Source: Anaerovibrio sp. (GTDB lineage Bacteria; Bacillota; Negativicutes; Selenomonadales; Selenomonadaceae). Taken from it: DNA of 64,000 nucleotides. The stretch's first letter is position 1. Every line of letters begins with the position of its first letter. The notes below the pieces were generated by a model. The model was not told the origin of the DNA. It ran no database searches and worked only from the letters and a program-made list of their open reading frames with translations. The stretch spans positions 1,644 to 65,643 of the forward strand of contig NZ_JAZTZI010000124.1 of assembly GCF_045637405.1 (NCBI RefSeq), written 5' to 3'. Shown here in pieces: positions 33,079 to 43,300 of the stretch. The position numbers and the translations under genes are program-made.

Positions 33079-35709
33079 TTATTTTTTTAGAATTGACTCA
33101 ACCTTGTTTTTTAGATATTCAGCGATTTTTTGGGAACCACCCTGAGTCGGATGAACACCGTCGCCTGCATAATCTGAATCAGAAAGCAGTGGGGCAGCCT
33201 TGTTAAGCGGAATATAGTAAAGTGCCTTGTCACCATTATTTTTTAGCTTTGCTACAGCTATTTCAGTCCATCTTGCTGCATCAGGGCCAATAACTGTTGG
33301 TACAGGATCCAGACAGATAATGGCGGCTGATGGATTGTTTTTTCGAACGACATTTATAAGGTGAGTATAACCCTTAATAAATTCGTCTTCAGTTGGCTTT
33401 GGTTCAAATAAAAAATCATTAGCACCAATGGAAATGAACACTGCATCAACTTCGTTATTGGAAAAATCCCAGTTTAAATGGGGTTCATTCCAGTTAAAGG
33501 AATAGTAGGTCCAAGGGTAGCGATCAGCAGTATGAACCTGATTATATGGCCATTCCTCTGAGTAGTTATGTACGAGGCCTTCACCGGATTTTGCCACAAC
33601 ACTGTAGTCTGCATCCAGCATTCGGGCCAGCTGTGGGCCGTATGACATATCATTGTTCTCTACATCGTGGTAACTCAACACATCATGGGGACCATCATTA
33701 AAGGCTCCTGCCGTAATGGAATCACCTACAAATTCCAGCCTTAGTCGTTTAGGCTCATTCGGTGACAAAAATTCAGCCCCCTCATCCAGTACAAAGCCTT
33801 TGAAAATGCTTAGTCCTGCTTGACCTTCTGTGGAGCGGACCAATTTAATTTCGTGCTCACCCTTTGGAAGGTTATCTGCAAGGGTAGTCAATTCGCTCCT
33901 GAACCTTATTCGGTTATATGGCTTACCATCTATTTCATAACGCCACCAGCAATTTCTGTCATCCATTTTTGCAGCAATACTTGTACCGGTAAAACGGGCT
34001 TTAATGTAGGTAGCTCCATAGCCACAGGTAGCCTGGTCATTTTCAATGTTCCAGCGACCATTAAAAATTATTTTTTTTTTAGGAATGTTCTCATTTATGG
34101 TAATACCCCCAATAAAGGTAATATGCCAAGGGAAAGTAACCTTGATGTCAGTGGCATTTGGATATTCGCTGAGATGCCGGGTGGCAAATTCACGTAATTC
34201 CGTTGTTACCAAATTTTCAGCGTATTGTTCGTATTCAGCAAGATTAAAGTAATACCTATAATTAGGAAGACTACCCATCAGCTTTTCTCTTGCATAGGCC
34301 TGATAGCCCCAATCATCAAGATAACGCTTAACAAGCATCCTGTTGCAGTCCTCTTGACTGTTTCTCAGATTTACCAGTCCCTGTCCTAAAGCAAAGCCGG
34401 TGCTGTTGGTTGGTGTATTCCAGCCAGAATAAGAGCGGAACCTGAACAACAGCTTATTCTCGGAAAGTTGGTTCATAAGAGCCTTGTCACTGCCGTTGGC
34501 AAAGCATACATCCGCCAGTGCCACACTATGGTTTTTGGCAAGATTATCTTTTACAAGCTCAAGAAAATATTGGGTGCCAATTCGTAGCTTGCCATCATTA
34601 TACATTGGGTCAGGTTCATTCGGATCGGGATAACCATCAGTGGTGCGTCCCTTAGGGTCGGTGTTTACCAGCAGAAACAAATCAGCATTTGGTTTGTTGG
34701 TTTCCTTCGCTCCTGCCATTGTCAGCTCATCCCGAATGGATTTAAAGAGCTTCTCATCAGAGAATTTTGGTATGGTATCCTTGCCAACACCTGTATTGTA
34801 TTGGACATTAACTGTATATTGCTTATGATCAATAGTATTGGCAGCTCTGGCCAATAGCAGCATGGCAAATTCATCAATACCAGTAGCCACCATGAATTTG
34901 TCCCTTGAAAGCCCCTGTTTTTTGGCATAAGTGCTTAATTCCCGGGCCTCCTGATGGGTGGCACAGAAGGGGGCATTATCATCCTTGCCAATGACCAGAA
35001 AATTCAATACGCCATTTTGGGTTAAATTCATAAGGCTTTTTGTAATATTAATATTTTTTGTCCGACGACCAAAGTAATCCTTGTATACACCACTTGGAAT
35101 GGAATTCATAAGTTCTTCTCGTTCATCCTTTTCCAATTCAGTAAGTTTTCTGGTTTCCTTTTGGTCATTAAGAGCAGAGACCTTAAAAATTTTATCGCCA
35201 TATTTCTGATAATATTCCGGCTCCTCAGCCCCGGCTGCAGCACCGTTTTTTGGAGTGCGCATAAGCGAGCCGAAAGCAAATATCTTTAATTTTTTGGTTC
35301 ATTTTTTTAACTGCTTAAACTTGTTTGTTTGATAAAGCAGTTCCTCCTCACTATTGTTGTGGTTACGGGAGGATACCAGTCCACCGTAAATGAGAGAGTC
35401 CGTGGAAACTACAGCCACATCAGCCTTGGAAATGTTTTTATTAACCCAGCTCCAAAGCTCGTTTGTATCAGCAGTATTTCTAAGTCCTCCCAGCATATCC
35501 TTTGGGGGCATGATAACATTGTAGCCAGCCAGCTCCAAAGCTTCGGTGGATTGCTCACAGGAGGTAGGGCGATTGTCATGAGGCACAAAAAGAATAGTGC
35601 CCTTAACTGTGTTTTGAACTTTTGCATTGGCCTGGGGCATATCAGCTGGTGAAGACAAGCCAAAGATAATGGATAGCATGGAAAGTAAAAGGGATAACTT
35701 CTTTTTCAT
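33079..35709 (-). pseudogene. DUF4127-family domain fused to a CE2-like beta-sandwich plus SGNH/GDSL hydrolase; interrupted by a single in-frame TGA at 35299..35301
   Basis: Track ORFs 35299..35709 and 33079..35262 are in the same frame (35709-35262=447). I translated across the junction as ...FKQLKK*TKKLKIFAFGSLMRTPKNG. N-terminal signal peptide is present. SGNH blocks are FVGDSITAG, GANDF and DGVHPT. Confidence 0.7.
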
Positions 35710-35858
35710 ATTGTCACTCCGATATATAGCAATCTTTAAATGTATTTTACTCTAAAAACAATTATACATACCTATTAATTTGATTTGCAAGGTTCTCGGT
35801 TCTTTATGGTATAATTAGAGTAACGTAGTTTTATTTTTACAAAAGGAGCGATACAGAT

Positions 35859-36407
35859 ATGAAAGCATTAGTTTTGTTTGCCAATGGTTTTGAAGAAGTA
35901 GAGGCCATAACTCAGGTCGATTTTCTCCGTCGTGGTGGCATTGAGGTTACTGCTGCATCAATTCATAATGATAAGAGAGTTGTTGGAGCACATAAAATAC
36001 CTGTTGAAGCAGATGCACTTCTCGCTGATATAAACGCCGATGAGTATAGCATTGTCGTATTGCCTGGTGGCATGGATGGTATGCTGAATCTTGGGGCCAG
36101 CAAGGAAGTAGTGGCTATTCTTAAGAAATTTAATGAGGCAGGCAAATGGGTGGCTGCAATTTGTGCATCACCATCTATTCTTGGTGATAACGGGTTGGTG
36201 GAAGGAAAGCGTTGCACCTGTTATCCTGGCTTTGAGGACCACATGAAGGGTGGCAAGACCTGTACCAATGAGGTGGTTGTGGACGGAAATATTATTACCA
36301 GCCGTGGTCCTGGTACTTCTATTGCCTTTGCTCTTAAGATGATTGAGCTGCTTAAGGATAAGGAAACCGCTATTGAGGTTGGCAAGGATTGCTTGTACCT
36401 CGAATAA
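35859..36407 (+). CDS. DJ-1/PfpI (ThiJ) family protein
   Basis: The nucleophile-elbow Cys lies in AAICASPSIL; the length and pattern are typical. Confidence 0.9.
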   Translation: MKALVLFANGFEEVEAITQVDFLRRGGIEVTAASIHNDKRVVGAHKIPVEADALLADINADEYSIVVLPGGMDGMLNLGASKEVVAILKKFNEAGKWVAAICASPSILGDNGLVEGKRCTCYPGFEDHMKGGKTCTNEVVVDGNIITSRGPGTSIAFALKMIELLKDKETAIEVGKDCLYLE

Positions 36408-36415
36408 ACGCTTAA

Positions 36416-36468
36416 ATATAGTATATTTTTCTATCGGAGATAGAAAAATTTGAACAACTGCGTTATAA
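36416..36468 (+). repeat. 53-bp direct repeat, copy 1 (contains an 11-bp-arm palindrome)
   Basis: atatagtatatttttctatcggagatagaaaaatttgaacaactgcgttataa is identical to 36499..36551. Internal palindrome atttttctatc-gga-gatagaaaaat. Confidence 0.9.
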
Positions 36469-36498
36469 CTCGGTAAAAATTACCTCGTTGAAACGCCT

Positions 36499-36551
36499 AT
36501 ATAGTATATTTTTCTATCGGAGATAGAAAAATTTGAACAACTGCGTTATAA
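36499..36551 (+). repeat. 53-bp direct repeat, copy 2
   Basis: Exact copy of 36416..36468, offset by 83 bp. Both are preceded by aaacgc. Copy 2 continues into TATAAT (36547..36552), whereas copy 1 reads tataac. Confidence 0.9.
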
Positions 36552-36600
36552 TTAAATGGTTTGTGAATTTAATTATTAAACTATAAGGAGTATTTTTCTG

Positions 36601-37152
36601 ATGAGCTTAACAGCAAATGACATAAACTATGTGAAGGACCATATCCGTCTGGTGGATAATTTCCCAAAAGAGGGCATCAAGTTTGTAGATATTACTACTA
36701 CTCTTAAAGATGCCAAGGCTTTTGGCTTGACCCTGGATTATATGAAGGAGCTTCTCAAGGATGAGAAAATTGATATGATTGTGGGTCTGGAATCCCGTGG
36801 CTTCATTTATGGTGCAGCTCTTTCTGCGGCTACTAATATCGGTTTTGTGCCAATTCGCAAGCCAGGAAAGCTGCCTGCTGAGGTGGTTAGTGTTGACTAT
36901 GATCTGGAGTATGGCAGTGATACCATTGAGATGCATAAGGATGCCATTAAACCTGGTCAGAAGGTACTCATTGTTGATGATTTGCTGGCTACCGGTGGTA
37001 CTGCTACTGCTGCGGCAAAGCTCATAAAAAAGGTTGGCGGCGAGGTAAGTGCAGCTGTATTTTTTGTGGAGCTGACTACCCTTGGCGGTCGTCAGAAGCT
37101 GGAAAATACCGGTATAAAGGTTATGTCCATGCTTCAATACGATTTGGATTAA
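36601..37152 (+). CDS. apt: adenine phosphoribosyltransferase
   Basis: The PRPP-binding motif VLIVDDLLATGGT plus length and sequence typical of Apt. Confidence 0.95.
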   Translation: MSLTANDINYVKDHIRLVDNFPKEGIKFVDITTTLKDAKAFGLTLDYMKELLKDEKIDMIVGLESRGFIYGAALSAATNIGFVPIRKPGKLPAEVVSVDYDLEYGSDTIEMHKDAIKPGQKVLIVDDLLATGGTATAAAKLIKKVGGEVSAAVFFVELTTLGGRQKLENTGIKVMSMLQYDLD

Positions 37153-37167
37153 GGAGGCATCAGCTTT

Positions 37168-37746
37168 ATGTCGGTTATGAATTACAAGAAGCTGATGGCC
37201 TTTGTGGCCGCCCTGACTGTTATGGTACTGAGTATTCTTGTGACTGGATGTGGCTCCAAGAATATTGAGCTTCATGATGTCAGTGTCAATGGCCATGCAA
37301 GCACCCTTACAATCAGTCTGCCCTTTGACTTTAGAAATCCTATGGCACCAAAAACATTTCCTAATGGTACTACTATTTGTACCAGTGCAGACCATAATAG
37401 TGATTTTGAGATAACTGTTATGAGTGTTCATTATGATCGGGCCAAATACAAGGAGTTTACCGCTTCAGAATTTAAGCCTGACCTTAATAAATTTTCTGAG
37501 GATCTTTTAAAGACCTATAAGAGCAAGCGGCAGTCAACTGGCGGTCAGCTTGAGAACGCCACTGTGGCCGGGGAGCCGGCAAAGGTAGCTGTTTTGGATG
37601 GCACCAGTAATGATATTAAGATTAAAACAAGATTCATTTCCTTCTTCAAGGGTGATGAGCATTGGTGCATTACCATATCATACAAGGCCGACGATGATGA
37701 TTATGAGAAGGCTGCGGACAAGATAGTGGAAAGCATACATTTTTAA
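37168..37746 (+). CDS. hypothetical lipoprotein
   Basis: Signal peptide with lipobox LVTGC. I recognise no family. Confidence 0.6.
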   Translation: MSVMNYKKLMAFVAALTVMVLSILVTGCGSKNIELHDVSVNGHASTLTISLPFDFRNPMAPKTFPNGTTICTSADHNSDFEITVMSVHYDRAKYKEFTASEFKPDLNKFSEDLLKTYKSKRQSTGGQLENATVAGEPAKVAVLDGTSNDIKIKTRFISFFKGDEHWCITISYKADDDDYEKAADKIVESIHF

Positions 37747-37770
37747 ACTATATGAACACTTAATAAAATG

Positions 37771-37801
37771 AAACGGGACTAGGAACGTGGTCCCGTTTTT
37801 T
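37771..37801 (+). terminator. intrinsic terminator
   Basis: A 9-bp stem aaacgggac / gtcccgttt followed by a T-run. Confidence 0.8.
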
Positions 37802-37854
37802 CATCTATATTCATTGAATTAATAGCGGACTAAAAAACAGGATGGACTGATAAC

Positions 37855-40326
37855 GTGAGACTGGCTGATGTATATATTAATATTCCTATAAAAAGCATAT
37901 CCCAGGCATACAGCTACATTGTGCCAGATAATCTTTGCTTTCTTACAGAGGGCTGGAGGGTTATTGTACCCTTTGGTGGCAGAGCCATTGAGGGATTTAT
38001 CGTGTCCGTAAAAAATGTGGATGAAAGCAGCATCAAAGGCGATTTTAAACTTAAAGAAATAAAGGGCACCTTGGATGAGGAGGCCTGGTTTACCCACGAG
38101 GTAATAGAGGCTGCCCGCTGGATGGCTGATTTTTATCTTTGCTCAGTGGGTGAAATGATGCGTCTTTTTATTCCCGGCAAAAGTGGTGCCCATATACAAT
38201 TAGCATATAAAGCAGTTCCCAATATGGAAAATAATGTACTTTTGCAGGTTCAGGCATATCGTGCAGTTTATGATGCAGTAAAAATATCCGGAGTAGTCAA
38301 GAAAAAGGAAATAAAGGACCAGCTGCTGGCTGATGGTAACGAAGACATAGCTGAGTCGCTGGATAATATTTTGGAAAAGCTGCTGCAATACAGGGCCATC
38401 AAACGAGTTTATAACGCTGACAGTAAGGCCAAAGCTGCATTTGAAAACGTTTATGTAACATCAAAGTTGATAACAGAGGAGCTGCTTTCGGATTTTTCAC
38501 GAAAGCCAGCTCAGAAAAAGGCTTTGCAGATAATTATAAATCAGCAGAATACACTGGATCAGCAATGCCCTGAGAAAACTACATTTACTGGTGAAGCTTT
38601 TAAAGTCCATGGCGTATCTGCTGCCACATTAAGGGCTTTGGTGGAAGCGGGGATTCTTTGCAGGGAAAGGCGTCGTGTCTTCCGTGACAGCTATGATGCT
38701 CCTAGTTTAAAACATAAAAATATTGAACTTACTATTGAACAAAATAAAGCTGTTCATGCCTTGGGAGAGGCCATTAACGACAAGACATATAAAGAATTTC
38801 TGCTATATGGGGTTACCGGCAGCGGTAAAACCCAGGTGTATATTGAGGCGGCCAAACAAGTACGGAATTTGGGCCGTAGAGTGGTGGTTTTAGTTCCGGA
38901 GATTGCTCTGACAGGTCAGGTAGTACAAGCCTTTAAAAGCTATTTTGAAGAAGATATTATCGTTATTCATAGTCGTCTGTCCATCAGCGAGCGGAATGAT
39001 GCTATTTTGAGAGTGCGCCGTGGTGAGGCGGGGATTATTATTGGTGCCCGTTCTGCCCTATTTACCCCAGCTGATGACATCGGACTGATTATTATGGATG
39101 AGGAGCAGGATAACTCCTATAAACAGGATGAATCTCCACGTTATCATGCCAGAGTAGTGGCAGAAAAGCTGGCTGAGATTTATGGGGCACCGCTGCTTTT
39201 GGGAAGTGCCACCCCTTCATTGGAAACATATCACAAGGCTAGAATTGGTAAGTGTACCATGCTCAGTCTTCCTAATCGTATTGGCAATAAGCCACTTCCA
39301 CAGGTGGCGTGTGTGGATATGCGACAGGAGCTGAAAAAGGGAAGAAGAAATATTATCAGCCACCCTTTGCGTCTTCTTATTGAAGACACCATTGCCAAGG
39401 GAGAGCAGATGATTATTATGTTGAACCGTCGTGGTTTTGCCACCTTTGTGATGTGTCGTTCCTGCGGCGAGGTTATTAAATGTCCTCAATGCACCATGCC
39501 ACTTGTTTATCATAAGGATAAGCGGCTAATGTGCCATCATTGTGATATTACCGTTCCTGTGCCGGATGTGTGCCCAAAATGCGAGAGCCGTTATATCAAA
39601 TATTTTGGCTCTGGTACAGAAAAGCTGGAGCAGGAGCTGAGGACATTGGTTCCTAAAGCCAGAGTTATTCGTATGGATAGAGATACTACTACCGGCAAGT
39701 TTGGGCATACTAATATCATTGAGCGGTTCCGCAATAAGGAATTCGATATATTATTGGGGACCCAGATGGTGGCCAAGGGTCACGATATTCCAAATGTGAC
39801 GGCTGTGGGGATAATCAGTGCGGATTCGGCCCTTAATATGCCTGATTTTCGTGCCGCAGAAAGAGTGTTTATGCTGATTACCCAGACTGCTGGCCGGGCA
39901 GGTCGTGGAGTTATTCCCGGCAAGGTTATAGTCCAAAGCTATTCACCGGAGCATAATGCAGTACAAAGTGGTATAAAGCAGGATTATCAAGGCTTTTACG
40001 AAGAAGAAATGAAGCTGAGAGAAAGTCTTTTCTATCCGCCGTTTTGTCGTATCGTTAAGCTGATAGTACACAACGAAAAGCCGGAAAAGGCCCGTCAGCA
40101 GGCTCAGAATATAAAGGATAATTTCTTAAATAATTTCGGTTATACCAAGCATCATCAGATTATAGGTCCGGCTCCTGCCATGATTCCAACATTTAAGGGA
40201 GTTCACAGATTTTCAATGCTGATAAAAACCGATGATTTAAAGGCGGTAAATCAATTTCTCCGTGACCAGGGAGTACACCGTGATATGAATGTAATGATAG
40301 ATATTGATCCTATCACCACGTCCTGA
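37855..40326 (+). CDS. priA: primosomal protein N' (replication restart helicase PriA)
   Basis: GVTGSGKTQVY, DEEQD and the Cys-rich zinc region (CRSCG..CPQC..CHHC..CPKC). The start is GTG. Confidence 0.95.
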   Translation: MRLADVYINIPIKSISQAYSYIVPDNLCFLTEGWRVIVPFGGRAIEGFIVSVKNVDESSIKGDFKLKEIKGTLDEEAWFTHEVIEAARWMADFYLCSVGEMMRLFIPGKSGAHIQLAYKAVPNMENNVLLQVQAYRAVYDAVKISGVVKKKEIKDQLLADGNEDIAESLDNILEKLLQYRAIKRVYNADSKAKAAFENVYVTSKLITEELLSDFSRKPAQKKALQIIINQQNTLDQQCPEKTTFTGEAFKVHGVSAATLRALVEAGILCRERRRVFRDSYDAPSLKHKNIELTIEQNKAVHALGEAINDKTYKEFLLYGVTGSGKTQVYIEAAKQVRNLGRRVVVLVPEIALTGQVVQAFKSYFEEDIIVIHSRLSISERNDAILRVRRGEAGIIIGARSALFTPADDIGLIIMDEEQDNSYKQDESPRYHARVVAEKLAEIYGAPLLLGSATPSLETYHKARIGKCTMLSLPNRIGNKPLPQVACVDMRQELKKGRRNIISHPLRLLIEDTIAKGEQMIIMLNRRGFATFVMCRSCGEVIKCPQCTMPLVYHKDKRLMCHHCDITVPVPDVCPKCESRYIKYFGSGTEKLEQELRTLVPKARVIRMDRDTTTGKFGHTNIIERFRNKEFDILLGTQMVAKGHDIPNVTAVGIISADSALNMPDFRAAERVFMLITQTAGRAGRGVIPGKVIVQSYSPEHNAVQSGIKQDYQGFYEEEMKLRESLFYPPFCRIVKLIVHNEKPEKARQQAQNIKDNFLNNFGYTKHHQIIGPAPAMIPTFKGVHRFSMLIKTDDLKAVNQFLRDQGVHRDMNVMIDIDPITTS

Positions 40327-40337
40327 TTGGAGCAATT

Positions 40338-43300
40338 ATGAATAAAGAATTATTGGAAAACAAGCTAACAGCAGCTTATGAATTTTTTAAAAAAATAAAT
40401 CATACCCGCAATATGAACCATGTCCGTCATCTGGCCCAAAAGCTCACTGACAAGAAATATGGCATTGCCTTTGCGGGACATTTTTCTGCTGGTAAATCCA
40501 GACTCATAAATTCATTTTTAGGGGATAATATACTGCCCTCCAGCCCTATTCCCACCTCTGCCAATCTTGTAAAGGTATATAAAGGGGAGGACTATGCCCG
40601 TGTTTTTTTCAGCAAGGGAAAGCCACGTAAATATTTGGCACCCTACGACTATGAGCTTGTTAAGAGCTATTGTCGTGATGGGGATGCTGTGTCCTGTATA
40701 GAGCTTAGCTATTCCAGTCTCCATATTCCGGAAGGGGTGGAGATTATGGATACCCCGGGCATTGATTCCGCTGATGATGCACATCGTATGGTTACAGAGG
40801 ATGCTATTCATTTGGCTGATATGATTTTCTATGTAATGGACTATAATCACGTTCAGTCAGAGCTGAATTTTTCCTTTACCCGTGATCTGACCAAGGCCGG
40901 TAAAGAAGTATATCTGGTTATTAATCAGATAGATAAGCACCGTGAAAATGAGCTGTCCTTTGAGACCTTCAAAAATTCTGTGTACAAGGCTTTTGAAGGT
41001 TGGGGTGTAAAGGCCAAGGGTGTGTATTTTATTTCTGCCAAATATCCTGACGCTGCCCACAACCAATATGAGGAGCTGATGGCACTTTTGGAGAATAAGA
41101 TTGCTCACCGCAATGATGATCTTGAAGCTTCCATATATGCTTCCCTTAACAGAATTATTACTGAATATATTAAGGCCGTTGAAAGGGATTCGGATTCAAA
41201 GAAAAAGGAAGCTGGGGCAATTCTTGAAGGAATAGCAGATGAGAAGCTTCAGCTTATGCGTGATGAATACGGCAGCCTTTCCCATGAGCAGAGTATACTT
41301 AATGAGGATTGGGAGGAAACATATAAGGCAGGAATTGCCAAAATATTGGATAATGCCTATCTTATGCCAACCTCTACCCGTGATTTGGCCAGGGATTATC
41401 TGGAGGCCTGTCAGCCATCCTTCAAGGTGGGCTTCTTTGGCCGCGGCAAGAAAACAGAGGCAGAGCTGGAGCGCAGAAAACAGATTTTCTTTGAGGATGC
41501 CTCTGAAAAGGCGAAGACCCAGATAGAGTGGCATTTAAAGACCTTTTTGCTGGATTTTGTTCGTCAGCATAATGTTAATAATAAGGAGCTGCAGGAAAAA
41601 ATCCAATCATTGGAAATTCTGCCACCAGAGGAGCTCCTTACTGAAGCCATGCGTTCTGGGGCAAAGCTCACTCAGGACGGCAGCTATGTAATGAACTATA
41701 CCCTTAACTTTGCCGAGGGCATAAAAAACGTGGCCCGCAGCAAAGCAGGAGATATAAAGAATATATTTGCTGAGCTTTTAAATAATCACAGAGCCCAGCG
41801 CATTGAGGCTATCAATTCACGTTTGGTAGAGCTGGAGGAATATCACAAGGCTTGGTGTGTCCTGGATTCATTGGATGCTGAAATGTCACGTCTTACAAAA
41901 GAGCTTGGAGATATGCTTTCCACCGAAGATATGGTGGAAACCAGGGAAAATATTGTTGATATTTCACGAGTGGAAATACCAGATGAGGAAATAGTAGCCC
42001 CGGAAGCAGCTTTAGATTCTAAAGAGTCTTTAATAAAAAAAGTTGATAAGGCTAAGGCTGAAACAGGTGATAAGGCCAAGGGGGATACACAAAACACTCA
42101 TGACCTTGATAATGAAGCATCTAAACACCTTGATATTTTCACTGCATCAGGCACTGAAAAATTAAAGGAGATGTCGGTAAAGCTCCATAAAAGTGCTGAG
42201 CTTATCGGGGAAATACCAGGAGTAGGGCAGATGGCCCAGGAGCTTCAGGACAGGGCTGAACGTCTTAATAATAAGGGCTTTCTAGTAACCTTGTTTGGTG
42301 CCTTCAGTGCGGGAAAATCCTCCTTTGCCAATTCCTTGCTGGGAGAACGGCTGCTGCCTGTATCTCCAAATCCAACCACTGCAGCAATTAATATGATTTT
42401 ACCGGTGGATAAGGAGCATCCTCATGGTACAGTGGATATTAAGCTGAAATCCGAACGAATGCTGCTGGATGACTTATTAAGGGCCTTTAAGCCATTTAAT
42501 ATGTCACCTGCCAGCTTAAAGGATGCAATAACATTGGCCAAGGAGGCCATGAACAAGGGTGGCAACACACATCAGAAGGAAAAATCCTTCCTACGGGCCT
42601 TTATATCAGGCTATGAAACAGTGAAAAACAAACTGGGCGAAGTATTTGCCAGCAATTTAAAGGGCTTTGGTGAATATGCCGCCCAGGAGGATAAGTCCTG
42701 CTTTGTGGATTGGATAAAAGTGTATTATGATTGCCCAATGACAGCCAAGGGGATAACCCTTGTGGATACCCCAGGTGCTGATTCCATTAACGCAAGACAC
42801 ACCAATATGTCCTTTAATTTTATTCGCCAATCCGATGTGGTGCTTTATGTGACATATTACAACCATGCCTTTGGAAAGGCAGACAGGGAATTTATTATTC
42901 AGATGGGTCGTGTAAAGGATTCCTTCCAGCTGGATAAAATGTTCTTTATAGTCAATGCCATTGATCTGGCAGAGGATCAGGATGAGGCTGACCATGTGGT
43001 TAATTATGTTCGCAAGCAGTTGAAATCCTACGGTGTGTCCAAGCCACAGCTCTTTGCCCTTTCCTCTCAGGAGGTATTGGAGGAAAGGGAAGCTGGAAAC
43101 ACCACGCCAACAGAATTTGAAAACTCCTTTTATAATTTTGTTGTCAATGACTTAAATGATATAGCCCTTTCTGCTGCCCGGCAGGAATTTGATAAGGCAG
43201 TGGAGCGTATCCATGACCTTATAAATATAAGCAAAAGTGACAGCGCTCAAAAGGAACAACGATTGGCCAAATTAAAGAGGTTCCAGCAGGAAATTGGCTG

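Noticed and set aside
35299-35301. In-frame TGA as a selenocysteine codon or programmed recoding site.
   Set aside because: I could not fold a convincing SECIS-like stem-loop in the ~40 nt after the UGA (only a 2-bp GC..GC pairing around UUUCG). Nothing about DUF4127 or SGNH chemistry calls for Sec. A nonsense mutation or sequencing error is more parsimonious, but this is not excluded without read data.
36531-36545. PurBox-like sequence (aaatttgaacaac) in the duplicated element upstream of apt.
   Set aside because: It matches the AWWWCCGAACWWT consensus only in the GAAC core. The CC is replaced by TT, and the paired inverted box at the expected spacing is missing.
36607-37431. 274-aa minus-strand ORF antisense to apt and the lipoprotein gene.
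   Set aside because: It spans two well-supported plus-strand genes and their intergenic RBS, and has no family resemblance.
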